From contig WELA01002985.1 of NCBI GenBank assembly GCA_009602735.1, positions 280,548 to 341,155 of the forward strand: 60,608 bases of DNA, written 5' to 3'. Origin of the DNA: Mesotaenium endlicherianum (Eukaryota). Made by a program: the position numbers and the translations under genes. The notes beneath the pieces are model-generated. The model did not search any database. It had not been told where the DNA came from and was given only the letters and a program-made list of their open reading frames with translations. Shown here one piece after another: positions 13,326 to 24,683 of the stretch (positions are counted from its first letter, which is position 1; each line of letters opens with the position of its first letter).

Positions 13326-15097
13326 GTGTGTGTGCGTGTGTGTGTGTGTGTGCATGTGCATGTGCATGTGCATGTACATGTGCATGTGCATGTGCGTGTG
13401 CACATCTGCACGTGTATGCACCCGCGCATGCGCAGCAGGTGCCAGCCAGCGGGGCTCAGGACCAGGGTGAGCAAGCGGCAGATGGCCCGCAGAGAGAGCA
13501 GTGCCCGAGGAAGGTGGCGGGCGGCTCGAGCAGTGCAAACGTCAGGCAGCGGCGACGACCGACTGGAGCGACCAAAACGACGACGCGAGGATATGGACGG
13601 CCGCTTTATTAAGAGCCCGTCCCAGCGAGAAGGAACAACAGGCTGCGTGTTATCTGGAAAGTAGCAGGCATGCATGTGAGGCCCAGAGCGCATGTCCGGA
13701 TTGTCAAGGGAGTGAACAAAGGAGGAGGAGAGGGAGAAGACAGCGGAGAAAGCGTGCGCTGCACGTGCAAGACCGAGCAAGCCACGAGTGTGCACGTCCT
13801 GTCGCGCAGGGGGGGCCTTGCCGTGCTCCACCGGGAAGCATATTTAAGGCAGGAAGAGTTTAAGCAAGAGTTTGTGCACATGGAAGAGGAAGCGGGGCGA
13901 CTTCGGCCAAGCTCTAAGCTTCAGGTCTGCATTATACCCCCTGCTATAGCCGCTTGGGTTTTCTCTCTCTCTCTCCCTCCCTCCCTCCCTCCCTCCTTCC
14001 CTCTCTCCTTCTGGGACCCCTCCTGGCCCCCTCTTGGACCAGTCTTCCTTAAAGAGCGCGAGCTGAAGCAGGACTGCTTTGCAGTGAACAAGGTGCCGGA
14101 GGGAGGAGGGGGGGCGTATTAGGCAGAGGGGTTTAAGGGGCTCAGGAGTTGGGGCTCAGGATGCAGGGTAGTGCAGGACTCGAGACTTTGGCTGCCACTG
14201 TGACCGTCACTGTGACTGTGACTCGGACTAGGAGTGGGAGAGGGGAGAGGCTCCGACCTCGTTGCCCTGGAAGTCCAGCAGGTGCACGGTGCCCTCGCGT
14301 GTGCCCAGGGCCAGCATGCGCTCCGACACTTGCAGGCAGGAGGCCGAGTACTTGGCCAGAATTGCGGGGACGTCGCCTCCCAGCCGCTGGTACTTCAGCT
14401 TGGGCTCCTCCTCCTCCTCCTCCTCCTCCTCCTCCTCCTCCTCCCCCTCTTCCTCCCCCTCCTCCGTCCCCTCCCCGGGCCGAGGACTCCCGCGGCTGGC
14501 TGTCTCATACTCGTCATCTCCCTCGCTGCCATTTTCCCCCTCGTTGTTGTCAACTTGCTCACCTTCTCCACCTGAGGGGAAACCCGTGTGATGCTCCTGC
14601 TCGTCCCTGCCTGTGCCTTCCCTTCCTTTCCTGCTCCCCGCCCGACCAGATTTTCTCCCAGACCTGCCCCTGGGAAGTCTACCCGCCCTACCTCCCCTGT
14701 CCGACGTCAAACCTCCCCCAGGTCTCATAGCTGCCACGTCATCTGCTGGGCCTTGCCCACCTCCACCAGTCCCCACAGAGTTGCTCCCTGAAACGCTTGC
14801 CTCAGAAGCAAAAGCACCAAATCTTTCTGTTGAGGCAACAAGCCTAGGTTCTCTGACTGCATCCCTGCTATCCCCTACTGGCATAGCTGATGATCCTGCC
14901 ACACCTACTGCAGCCCACCAGGTATACTAGATATACTACCTGACTGGGCATTGCCATTCGACTTCCTCCCTTGCAACATATCCAGCTGCAAGGAATCCTT
15001 CGTCCTGCTCCAGCATCATTATGCTTCCTGGCTATACTACATTACCAGCAGATATAAAGAGAGAGACTGACTTACCACTTCTCTGTGCGTCTACCAT
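412..15097 (-). CDS. VPS41: Vacuolar protein sorting 41 (HOPS complex subunit; WD40 + clathrin heavy-chain repeat), multi-exon, 3' end beyond window start
   Basis: GT-AG exons giving VPS41 motifs: 15097-15076 (putative ATG exon, GTAAGT donor, in phase), 14907-14258 (EEEPKLKYQRLGG..LALGT..VHLLDFQGN), 13018-12740, 11359-(gap at 10977) (DDTLLVVGWADTVKI), ~8799-8287 (TFKTNCLISGVAPYDDALVVLA), 7876-7744, 6432-6342, 5486-5381, 4913-4810, 4186-4093, 3333-3175, 2394-2332, 2054-1989, 1162-947, 489-412. One expected WD40 exon (VLHSGEG...) is not visible and probably lies in the 11767-11950 gap. Confidence 0.95.
947..1162 (-). CDS. VPS41: VPS41 exon (clathrin repeat region)
   Basis: IPLLLRLDMKRATAMLIAHSDDIPPSQVVSQI..LHLYLHGLFE..FHVLQ, 216 nt. 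Confidence 0.92.
1989..2054 (-). CDS. VPS41: VPS41 exon
   Basis: LGRPHMFEFIEKYQLFGAVQDK, 66 nt, AG/GT. Confidence 0.9.
2332..2394 (-). CDS. VPS41: VPS41 exon
   Basis: ALGELYEKNNQLEDALGTYLE, 63 nt, AG/GT. Confidence 0.9.
3175..3333 (-). CDS. VPS41: VPS41 exon
   Basis: MVLKAFIASPADHEQLLAAIRKWPKDAYPVRSVI..SLKE|GT. Confidence 0.88.
4093..4186 (-). CDS. VPS41: VPS41 exon
   Basis: WLFKFAQLRQLAAIGPYIPTSNPRLRDTVYE. Confidence 0.93.
4810..4913 (-). CDS. VPS41: VPS41 exon
   Basis: VGAKYLDHLVLERKYGQAAALLPKLLRNSSSAWER. Confidence 0.93.
5381..5486 (-). CDS. VPS41: VPS41 exon
   Basis: DAEDHVAWLLQHGWHARALAAVE. Confidence 0.93.
6342..6432 (-). CDS. VPS41: VPS41 exon
   Basis: GGQWAAGDEPLYYVMAPRDIIVARPR, a plant VPS41 signature. 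Confidence 0.93.
7744..7876 (-). CDS. VPS41: VPS41 exon
   Basis: GAAPRPEVRVVDWRGDELASDVLSVAGYEEFCPADYMLAHTPFSG, bounded by AG/GT. Confidence 0.92.
8287..8799 (-). CDS. VPS41: VPS41 exon (Ser-rich insertion then YAEILTTFKTNCLISGVAPYDDALVVLA); 5' boundary uncertain
   Basis: Motif matches VPS41 'VDIVASFQTSYYISGIAPFGDSLVVLA'; possible acceptor CTTGTAG at 8800. Confidence 0.75.
8700..9910 (+). CDS. 5' exon of an ENF2-like (plastid PotD/PotF polyamine-binding-protein-related, At1g31410-type) gene, antisense within VPS41; start uncertain
   Basis: Part of the 8249-10045 ORF: hydrophobic helix LGMLVLGSAVVGSLAVAAVRL, then EEWLAKPYLCSVPLRVHALRGSVPPLWIK ending at AAG|GTCGGT donor; resembles the recalled plant motif W.SK.YAL.VPLRIVALRGSVPPSWIK; GC3-rich codons. 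Confidence 0.7.
10978..11359 (-). CDS. VPS41: VPS41 exon (WD40 then Ser-rich insertion, runs into assembly gap)
   Basis: GCAG|DDTLLVVGWADTVKITAIRV matches plant VPS41 WQ|DDTLLVIGWG..VKI; frame stays open to the N-gap. Confidence 0.8.
12740..13018 (-). CDS. VPS41: VPS41 WD40 exon
   Basis: CAG|VKRYMAHRGPVNALSFD..SCSDDG..EYHRPIRAVALDP..GWLGPRDQ|GT; 279 nt, phase 0. Confidence 0.93.
13030..13400. repeat. Compound (TG)n/(GCGT)/(TGCATG) microsatellite in VPS41 intron
   Basis: Directly visible; shorter (CA)n tracts at ~867-892, ~6178-6203 and ~8252-8280. Confidence 0.95.
14258..14907 (-). CDS. VPS41: VPS41 exon: disordered/acidic N-terminus plus first WD40 blade
   Basis: Poly-Glu tract then PKLKYQRLGGDVPAIL..ERMLALGTREGTVHLLDFQGNE|GT; CTGCAG acceptor at 14908. 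Confidence 0.9.
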
Positions 15098-16487
15098 GAG
15101 CCTCGAGGAAAGCCAGCCTTTTCATAGATTCGAGCGTAGTTAGAGTTGTCTTCTAGTGATGTACTGCTTCTAACGCTAAGAGTTATGAATTATGGCATCC
15201 GATACCTCACAAACTTGGATTAAGAATGAAAGCGGCCAGCCTAAGTAACCGCTGCTCCAAGCGAAAGCCACTACATTTAGCTCGTACAGTAGAGCCTCAT
15301 CCGTCTGTTTAGCGGGCACTTCCTCTCAAAAGCCATACATAAAAAGGGAGGAAAAATTATAGAGGTAAGAAACGCAAGTAGAAATGGGACTGGACTTAGT
15401 AAAATTATCACTAGTGGTGTTCTAAAGAGCAGGTGACCCACTATTGAGACTCCTACCCTTCATAGACATTCTTTCATTTTTAAAAAAAACCACAAACCCC
15501 ATATGCGTTGGGCTCGGTCCAGCGAGGAAACTCAGACTCAGCACATAGAGCATAGTCAATGCACTAGGAGAATTCTTCAAAACACCATCACTCCTCACGG
15601 TCTTCATGGGGCCATGCGTGCAGGCATGGACATGTTTCCTTCTCATCAGCGTAGCGCACTACCCAGGAGCACCCAGGAACAGCCCAGGAATACCTGTCTG
15701 TACAACTGGTCAGGGAAACTGTCAACTCAAGTTGATGAAAGTCAAAAGCATGAGTCAATAAGGCCAACAACGACAATTTGTTATCGCATGTGACAAGTCA
15801 TAACGAGTCATCGGGTATTTGAAGTGATTTGAACCAGATTTGAACGGGATTTGAAGCCAGTTTGAAGCTACGGCTTTTTAGGGCGCAAATTACGGAGTCA
15901 GCGAGTAGATGCCGTACATAGATGCCGTGCATAAACGGAAACTTGACTCACATTGACCGAAGATTGACATTTTTACCTGTAATAAACGGCTCGTGTGAAC
16001 CTTTTTCTCATCCACTCACATCCACGTTCGAGCACGTTCGAGCGCCGTTCATGCAGATCAAGGCGAATTCAATTGGCTGCTCCAGGCCACTCCAGGCTGC
16101 TTGCAGCAGCTCAACATTCTAGAAGACGGAGCTAGGGAGAATAGTACATAGGAGCCTCTCCCCCAACTTTACTCAATACTTAATTCGCCCCTGTTCATCT
16201 TGTTCACGACTTAAGGCCTCTGAAAGAACCCATTAATAAATTCCGGTCTAAGGCTACCTCTAGAAACTTGGTCTTCATTGTACGAGATATCATAACAAGC
16301 ATCTACTTAAGACGCGTGGTGCAGTGTACCAGTCCAAACGCAACCATTGAAAATTTCGAGACTGTACAGGGCTTGAGAAAGCTACCCATGCCAGTTACAG
16401 CAGGGTTGTAGCTGAATTTTAGTTCATTCAGAGGCTAGTTTCACCGATCAAGCCCGTATTCCGCTGGTACTGTCTAGTAACTTCAAA
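15098..16487. promoter_or_regulatory. Divergent (head-to-head) intergenic region between VPS41 and RAF2-like genes
   Basis: ~1.4 kb between oppositely oriented start codons; specific promoter elements not identified. Confidence 0.5.
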
Positions 16488-16840
16488 ATGGAGGCCGTCC
16501 TTCAGTTAAATACCGTAGGCAGTCATGCGGCAAGCTTCCTCGTAAAGAATTTTGAGGTCAAAGCTGGCTCATGCAGCACATCCTTTACGGAATGCCTAAG
16601 GACGCCTTTCTTTGGATCAAAATGTACAGCCTCTCTCCGAAATGCAGGACACTCACGGATGCATGAGCAAATGCGGGTGACAAGAAGAACTCGGCATTCT
16701 AGTCTAGTGAAGGTTTGTGCAAATCTTGGGCCATTTGGTGCGAGGGACGCGAAACCAGAAGAGTTAGAGAGCAATTTCAGCGACAAGGCTGTTGGACTAT
16801 CAGATACGGAGCACAAGATACTATTACCGCAAAGTGCCAG
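16488..16840 (+). CDS. RAF2: RAF2-like exon 1
   Basis: ATG, Ser/Arg-rich transit-peptide-like segment, FGARD motif, AG|GTGTGT donor. Confidence 0.85.
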
Positions 16841-19800
16841 GTGTGTAACCTGATCCTGCTGGGGGGGGGGGGNNNNNNNNNNNNNNNNNNNNNNNNNNNN
16901 NNNNNNNNNNNNNNNNNNNNNNNNNNNNNNNNNNNNNNNNNNNNNNNNNNNNNNNNNNNNNNNNNNNNNNNGGGGGGGGGGGGACACATATGCTCAAATT
17001 ACTTCTCTACATTCTTAGCTGAACGTTTCGTCAGCAGCCACCTCGTAGCATTGCCACCCTGCTTCCATCACTTACCCACACCCAGCAAAGTGCAACATAC
17101 AGTACCTTAAAGTATCTACATCTCTTAGCTCCTCGTTGAGCGGTGAGACCTTCCATGTCCCCGCCCTGCTCCCCATGGTCTCCTTGCTGCAAGCCCCACC
17201 CTATAGGACCACATAAAACAGCCAGCAGATGAGCAAAATAAAGTGTCACACACGCTTGTGCGACGGGTATTAATTTGAATCCATCCGCCAGCTCTCTTCA
17301 GGGCCCCCTCGCCTCTGGTCTGTCCCTCCCTCCCTCCCTCCCACTCTCCATTTTTCCCTCCTTCCCTTTCCAGGGCCCCGGTATGCGAGAGACTGTAGTG
17401 CTGTGACCAGCAAGCATGGGCTTTGGAAGTAGCCAGGTGATGTCATTTCATCTGATACTTGCAAGGAAGGCTTTGGGAGGGAATCTTCAGGCCATGCTCT
17501 GACACCGCAAGCTGGGAAAGGAGGTCTGGGTGCCTGCGTTCAGGAGGCACACGTGAATGAGGGCAAGCTGGCCACTTGCTGTTGAGGGGTGAATGAGGGG
17601 GCGACTGATTGAGTGGGTGAGCTGACGTGAGTCTCAGTGAGCATCGGTATCATGTGATCATGGCAGCTCATGAAACCAGGGTGTGAAATGTTACACGCCA
17701 GAGCATATATTCTGCATCTACTTTGGCTGTCACGAGTCTTGAAGCTAAGGCTAGAAACGGCAGGTTCCGATTCACACTAGGGCGCCGAGTGAGGAGGCAC
17801 AGGCGCAGGCATAGTGCCATGGAGACCTGGTGGGAGCAGTTTCCGATGAGCCAGCGACGGGCCTCTGCTGCAACCATCTTGTTCACGCCATCCGTGCAGG
17901 TGCAGGTGTTAGTGTTTTTTGGGGGGGGGGAGGGAAGAAGGGCCAGATTGCCTGGGCTAAAAGCCGACCCACCTCAGCAGTTACAACAGAGCAATCCCGC
18001 GTGCTTCAAGCAACGCTCCACAAATGGTGAACAACTCTGACGATGCACAAACAGACTACTGCCTCCCCACTTCCCACTCCTCTCCCCCCACCCCCCCCCC
18101 CACCCTCCAAATCTGNNNNNNNNNNNNNNNNNNNNNNNNNNNNNNNNNNNNNNNNNNNNNNNNNNNNNNNNNNNNNNNNNNNNNNNNNNNNNNNNNNNNN
18201 NNNNNNNNNNNNNNNNNNNNNNNNNNNNNNNNNNNNNNNNNNNNNNNNNNNNNNNNNNNNNNNNNNNNNNNNNNNNNNNNNNNNNNNNNNNNNNNNNNNN
18301 NNNNNNGGGGGGGGGGAGGCCTTCTGGGGAGGGATGGAGAAAGTTTATAAAAAGCATTGGTGCAGCGGTGTGTGCTTCGCACCGTCTTGCCGCCCAGTTC
18401 TTCCTGGCTGCCAAAGCCCTTAATTAGGCCAATTAAATTATTAGGCCTTAATTAATGCGTGTCTGCTAGCAAGCCCCCCCCCATCTCGCTAGAGAGAGCT
18501 CCCATGCCAACTTACCTCACCTCTAGCTTTCGTCAAAGCAACGAGCAAGTATAAGTCGGGACCAGGCATATTTCCACGTCAGCGGGCAAACCAAGGGGTA
18601 CATGCACGGACGGATTGATGACTACGGACGTGCATATATACACACTGTCAGGAGTGCGTACATACCCCAGATGCGCGCATACTAGTTGGGATTGGAGGGG
18701 GCCAGGATCACATTGCTTGCAATATTGCTCCTCTTGAAGGTGTACTGTGGCTAGGCTCTGCATAGCAGCAGCAGCACCCCCGTCACTTCCCGCGTATGTC
18801 TCTCCTTCCCAGGTTCACCATTTCTGCACGTCTGCACGTCTGCTCGTCTCCTGTCTTCCCGTCTGTTCAAGTCCTTCAATAATGATCAGAGGGCTTCTCA
18901 AATGCAAGCATCCGCCTCTTTCTTTGCCGTGCTCCTATGCTGCCCTTTCGCGAGGGAGTGTATTAAAGCAGTGCCCTGCGGTCTTGTTGGGCGCTGATGA
19001 TGCCCCTGTTGTATTGTGCTGCCGATTGCACCCCGGGAAATAGGGTGAGGGTGGGAAGGGGGNNNNNNNNNNNNNNNNNNNNNNNNNNNNNNNNNNNNNN
19101 NNNNNNNNNNNNNNNNNNNNNNNNNNNNNNNNNNNNNNNNNNNNNNNNNNNNNNNNNNNNNNNNNNNNNNNNNNNNNNNNNNNNNNNNNNNNNNNNNNNN
19201 NNNNNNNNNNNNNNNNNNNNNNNNNNNNNNNNNNNNNNNNNNNNNNNNNNNNNNNNNNNNNNNNNNNNNNNNNNNNNNNNNNNNNNNNNNNNGGGGGGGG
19301 GCATGAATTAGGGTTCTGTTTGCACTCGGTGTGCCCAGACTTGGCCGTCGCGGTTCCGTGGGCCTGTGTTGGCAGCATACTGGCAGCACGGTCCTTTTTA
19401 CTGGCAAGGCGCCTACTTCAGCACACCTGCTCTTGTCTGGCCTTTTTCTCTCCCTGTGTTGCATCGCTGCCCATGACTGCGTACGGCGCCTGCAAGCGCC
19501 AGCTCAGCCCAGCCCTCACGTGCTTCTGTGCCCTGGTTCTGGGCATGCGCAGACGAAGACTGTGCTTGCTTGCTGCTAGTGTCTCGCGAGCAAAGCAGAT
19601 CACAGACGTGGATGTGTAAATGTACAAGTTTTATTCGAGTTAACTTTCACTTGTGCGGCGGAAGCTGGGAGTGGGCATCCTCCGCTTTTGCAGATGAGTA
19701 CAAAACGAGTACCGAAAGTACAGATCAGCACCGAGCCTGTAGAAGCCGCACCAAATGTGTGTAAGCTCCAGAAGTATCAGACGCACGCAGTGAGGCGTTC

Positions 19801-20777
19801 TTGCTAGCAAGTGGCCAGCGGCAAGCACTACAGGGAGTAGGAGGCGTAAACATATCAAAATGCTGTCCTTAACTCCCCCTTCCCCGACCCCTGTCACCCT
19901 GTCCCCTGTCCTCTGTCCCTCCCTCGGCCTCCGCCCCTTGACCCCTGACCACTGTCTGTCCCCTGTCCCACTTGCTGCAATTGCTTGGATGGCCTGGTGG
20001 TGTGTCTCTCGTGTCCCCTGCCTCACAGGTTCTGGGCTGGAAGCTGGCGGAGACGCCGGACGGGCTGCGCCTGCGCGGCGAGTGGAAGCTGCGCAGTTTT
20101 GCGGCGGGGCTCACGCTGTTTGAGCGCATCGCCGAGGTGGCGGAGGCCGTGGGCCACCACCCCGACCTCCACCTGGAGCGCTCCAACCGCGCCTCCGTCG
20201 ACATCTGGAGCCACTCCGTCGGTGGGCGCCCATGCATATCCACGCGATTCTTTGTCGCTTCTGCTGTCTGTCGCGTCCGCTCGCACCTGCGCCCTACCCC
20301 TTGGCCTGCTCAGGCCTCGCTCTCGCTCTTGCTCTAACTCTCGCTCACTCCCATGGGCTTCCGTTGATCTCTCTGCTCCTTTGGTACTAGCTGCTCATTT
20401 GGTGGGCTTCCTTGCCCTGCGTGTTCAGGGGGGGAGAGCTCTTTAGACGCTTGCTTGCACGCTTTGCTTGGACTTGAGTAGTATGAGGAAGGGCCACTTT
20501 ACAGCTGGCCATGCTGAAAGGTCAAGAATGATAAAATTTAGGTTTGGGACTTTTCCGGAACCTGCCCTCATCAGTGAGCAGTTGACCTCATGCAGTGGTC
20601 TCCCTCAATAGTGGGAAGGTAACTCTGCAGTCCTCTCTGCGGGCAAAAGCTCACGCTACGGATTTCTGTTGGTGTTATCTTACAGGTGGGGTCACTGAAG
20701 CTGACTTCGTCCTTGCTGCAAAGATTGACCAGATCTTCACCGGAGACCTCGTCGATAAGAAGAAGTTCTGGGCTTAG
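16488..20777 (+). CDS. RAF2: Plastid pterin-4-alpha-carbinolamine dehydratase-like protein (Rubisco accumulation factor 2 / SDIRIP1 type)
   Basis: Exon 16488-16840 (transit-peptide-like, then LGPFGARDAKPEELESNFSDKAVG..TEHKILLP), exon 20029-20221 (VLGWKL..LRGEWKLRSF..FERIAEVAEAVGHHPDLHLE..VDIWSHSV), exon 20686-20777 (GVTEADFVLAAKIDQI..KKKFWA*). Phases require a missing 3n+1 middle exon, probably in an N-gap. Confidence 0.88.
20029..20221 (+). CDS. RAF2: RAF2-like PCD-domain exon
   Basis: GW..HHPDLHL..IWSHS PCD fold motif; ACAG acceptor and GT donor. Confidence 0.9.
20686..20777 (+). CDS. RAF2: RAF2-like last exon
   Basis: TACAG|G-GVTEADFVLAAKID..FWA TAG. Confidence 0.9.
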
Positions 20778-21399
20778 ACACTCCTGTACTCAGTCCAATA
20801 TGTTCAAGAAATGAGGTGGCACTCTCCTGTTCTTGCGCGTATTAAGAGCATCCTGTAGCTCCAGTCTTTCTTCAGGCTTTCTTTAGTTCTTAGTGCACAA
20901 ATTGATGTGCACATTCCAGAAACTGAAAGTTGCTGCTAAATATTCAAACGTTCTTGTCAAGATTGTAATCTGTCTAGCCATAGTCCAGTTAGTCAAAGGC
21001 CGTCAACTCCGGAAACGAGCTCTTGACCATCTATCTGAGCAAACAACCGCTAATCCATGGAAGTAGCCCACTTTTGCATGTCATTATACAAGCACAAGTA
21101 CTTACATCTTGGTGTGCATTGCATCATGACATCAGCATGTGACCGGATGAATTGCATTTTAGGTGGATGTACTTTACTTCAGCAACAAGCTGGAGCAAAC
21201 GGTCCCTCGTGAGAATTTATTGTTTTTGTAGATTAGGTCACTTGTAAAGGCTCAAAGGAGAATATGCAGGCGCGAAGGACGCACAAACTCACTCAGGAGA
21301 AGATAATGCAAACGACGTTGCGGTGTTATATAATCAAGAAACTAAAAACCGTGTAGATAAACATACTTGTAATGGCAGTAAGGTAAGTACAAGTATTGT

Positions 21400-22269
21400 T
21401 GTCGTGCCGAATGGCGTCGGAACCTGGACACGTGTGTGACTTTCCAGGGATCAGCACGTGTGTCATTGACCTAGTGGATGTGTCGGTGATCCTTCTTGCG
21501 TGTGGGCTTTCTCTGGTTGACAGGTCGGTGCATCTCTGCGCGTGGGAAATCAACTTGGTCTGTTGCCCTTTGCACGTGTGTCGGTGGCAGGCTAAGTGGG
21601 GTTGACCTATTTCTGGTTTTCCTGCACTTGCATAATTCAAAGAGGGAGTCAACACTTAGTGAACCTCTTCAATTCCTATTCTAGGACTAAGCAATTATTG
21701 CAAAAAAAAAAATCTTTCCTTTTTCCATACAAGGACAGAAGCGTCGTATTTCTTAATAGGTTTTTGCCCAAGTTGAGGGTTGCACAAGTGAACAGATTCT
21801 AGTTTGCAAAATCACGTCTAAGCAGATTACCTCACAATACCAAGTTTCACATAAGATCGCCCACTAGGGCTTTTGCTTAACTTCCACCAAGTCACAGCTT
21901 ACAAAATTCTAAGACTACAGCATCTATGCCGACTTGGCTTGAGCTCTTCGCTCAAAACCGCGCCAATTAATTTCTACTGCTGAAATGAGCACACTTAGCT
22001 TCTTACTGAGGGCTTTACTACTAATCCTGCTCTTGCTAACAACAATTCGATAATTGAGACTTCTGAGAACTTGAAAACTAACACAACACTCACCATTTAA
22101 TGTGCTCTTTGCGCGTTTGTGATGTTCGTATCATATCTGCTCTAGAACTCCTAAATCCTAACAGATTCTATTTTTGCAAGTTCTCTACTTTTTTTCAAGC
22201 GGAATCCCTTCTTGGGAAATCCTGAACGCTAACTTTCAATCACTGAGAGAGAATTTTTTAAGCGTCCCA
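21400..22269. repeat. Family C repeat copy 1 (~870 bp, LTR-like, begins TGTCGTGCC)
   Basis: Colinear with the interrupted copy at 34736-34792 + 40915-41051 + 53611-54302 (shared cacgtctaagcagat, aagtcacagcttacaaa, tttcaagcggaatcc, taagcgtc). Confidence 0.7.
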
Positions 22270-23795
22270 TGAAGTGTGCCATCTTGCTGAATCTATCAGA
22301 CACAACCCATACGGCATCGTGTCCTTGACCACTCACTGGTAAAGATGTGATGAAGTCCATAGCAATCTGCTCCCAAGGATGCTCTGGAATAGGCAGGGGC
22401 TGCAATGTACCTCCCTTCTTTTGATTTGGTGTCTTGTTTCTCTGGCACGCATCGCAACTCCTGATTCACTCCTCGATGTCCTTGTCCATATTTCTCCAAT
22501 AATACTCTCGCTTCAACACGCTTGCCGTCTTCTCACATCCAAAGTGTCCAGCATATAAGCAATCATGATGCTCCGCAAGTAGTAAGTCTCGTAGCTCCTT
22601 GACGTCAGGTACTACCACTCTCTTGAAATCACCATAATACCATATGTCGTCTTTCTTCTGCATACTTGAGATGGACTCAGCTGCTCCTCCATCAGCAAAC
22701 TTTGAGTCCTCCTCATATCCTTTCTGAAGCTTCTCCTTGAAGTCCATATTGTCCTTGATGACCGAGACAGCTGCTGAAAGGGGAAAGGGTGCGGGGAGTG
22801 CGCCCATACTCACTCACGCACCCTCACCCGCGAGTGGAAGCTTGCACGAGGACCTTCCCTAGTTGCATACAACAAGGTGGGGTGGCCTAGAGGTATGCCA
22901 CCCTTGCAAGAGTGAGAGGGCTACATGAGAGAGGAGTGGAAAAGAACTCACTTTATTAAAAAAAGTCGTGTACAGATAAGAAGGTTAGACTAGACTAGAC
23001 TAGACTAGACTAGACTCCCTCTTTAATGCTTCAACTCTAAGTATCCTCTCTAGCAAAGTACCTCCAGAAGCTTCTACTATGGCTCCTTCCATGTAGGTGA
23101 TCTTGCCTAGTTGGACAAGCTAGCACACCCACACGCACACAATCACACTCTAGAATATTCTACTACACAATCCACTAACTCCTCACGGAGTTCCTAGAAA
23201 TTCCACGATCACTTTGGCATTCTACGTAATCGTACGTAGTTTCTGGAACCCTTATGATTCAATGTCCTACATCCTGGACTCCAACCGTCACTGGACCTGT
23301 CCTTGTCACTGAATTGAATCTGTGACATTAAAAACTCACTAAAAACTCCCAAAACTCATAACTTTCTCAATACTTGTCCAAATGACTTGAAACAAAGACC
23401 AAAGTTCTTCTAAAATCACACTTTATACATATAAAATGCTAGAATAATACAAACTACACTTTCATAACCTTACAGCGGCAAGGTCACACCTCCTGGATAA
23501 AGCATCTGCAGGGTTGATCTTCCCAGGTAAGTACTCGATCTTGTGGTCGAACAGTTACAGAAACTCCATCCACCTTGCCTGTCTTGGTGTCAACGTTGGC
23601 TGCATCATAAATTTCTCCAAGCTCTTGTGGTCGGTCTTGATGAATACCTTCCTTTCGTCCACATAACATCGCCAAATCCTAATAGCCAACATCTCCTGCT
23701 CGTGTGCTGCATTATTCTCCTCCGCAGGACTCAACGTCCTGCTCTCATATGCCACAGGCTGCAATCCTTTGCCCTGGTCTTGGAGAAGAATGGCT
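22270..23795 (-). pseudogene. Family B Ty3/gypsy pol fragment (RNase H end to integrase zinc finger), interrupted by a solo LTR
   Basis: [35 protein letters not shown] nearly identical to B1/B2 pol; frameshifts and deletions. Confidence 0.9.
22775..23474 (-). mobile_element. Solo LTR (700 bp) of a B-related family
   Basis: Termini TGAAAGGGG...CCTTACA match family-B LTR ends; flanked by GCTGC/GCGGC (4/5 TSD); the host pol reads through when it is removed; contains (TAGAC)6 at 22986-23015. Confidence 0.85.
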
Positions 23796-24143
23796 AGGAG
23801 AGTCATCATTAATCACAATGTGAAAAAGATAAGGTACTATATCTATGTTCCTTGAGATTCTATTGTTAAACTTATTAATATAGCATAAATAGTCTTCTAC
23901 CTCTCACCCTCTCTTGTACCCCATCACAGGCTTCTTTGTGAGCTAATCTCAACCTCGGTCGCCGAAGAAAACGAGCACAAACATTGAATTAAGCCTACAA
24001 AACTCAAAGATCACGCGCGAACCATCAACATTGCAACTTTTATTTCAAGATTGATGAAATAATATTTGACCACCCTCCATGTCGTGTTTGTGTCCACCAT
24101 ACATCAGATAAACAGTTGTTTCGGACTATAGTTTCTCCTTATT

Positions 24144-24646
24144 TGTAGTGATTTGAGTTATTATACATTAGTTTGCATATATTTTAATGTTTTCAAATAT
24201 ATTTGAAGTAGTATGGTGTGGAGTCAAGTGTGAATAGGTACTCTAGTAACTTGGTTCATGTCCTTTGAACCTTTCAAGGCATTTTCGAAGTTAGAGGAAA
24301 GACCTAGAAGAACTCCATGTGGCAAAAGTCAGATGTGCCATTTTTAGGTCAAAAGGACATGTGTACATTATTCTAGAAAGAGGTGGCAAGTTTTGGGATG
24401 TGTTGGGTGCCAACACATCAACATACACCTTCCTAGAAATTACTTATGTAGCAAGTATATAAACAAGAGCTAGAACATAGAAAGACATTCCAGAATCACT
24501 CTTGTACTTGCCAAAATCCAGAAATATATTAACTTTCAAGAAGCCATCTCTCTTTCAAGAAGCTACCACTTGTGTTCAAAGATCCTTGTCTTGAATAGAT
24601 AAAGTATTCTGTTTTACTAAGTACTTTATCTATCTGTTTCACTACA
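24144..24646 (+). repeat. A1 5' LTR
   Basis: TGTAGTG...ACTACA; TATATAAA at 24456-24463. Confidence 0.97.
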
Positions 24647-24647
24647 G

Positions 24648-24659
24648 TGGTATCGGAGC
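24648..24659 (+). other. Primer binding site (initiator tRNA-Met type)
   Basis: TGGTATCGGAGC just after the LTR (canonical TGGTATCAGAGC). Confidence 0.9.
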
Positions 24660-24683
24660 TAGGCACTTTGGTAGCACAAGAAG

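Noticed and set aside
12473..13831. 452-aa minus-strand ORF
   Set aside because: It is a microsatellite intron in frame with VPS41 exon 12740-13018.
18418..18456. AT-rich quasi-palindrome CCTTAATTAGGCC...GGCCTTAATTAAT in RAF2 intron
   Set aside because: Too short and low in complexity; no TIR/TSD pair supports a MITE.
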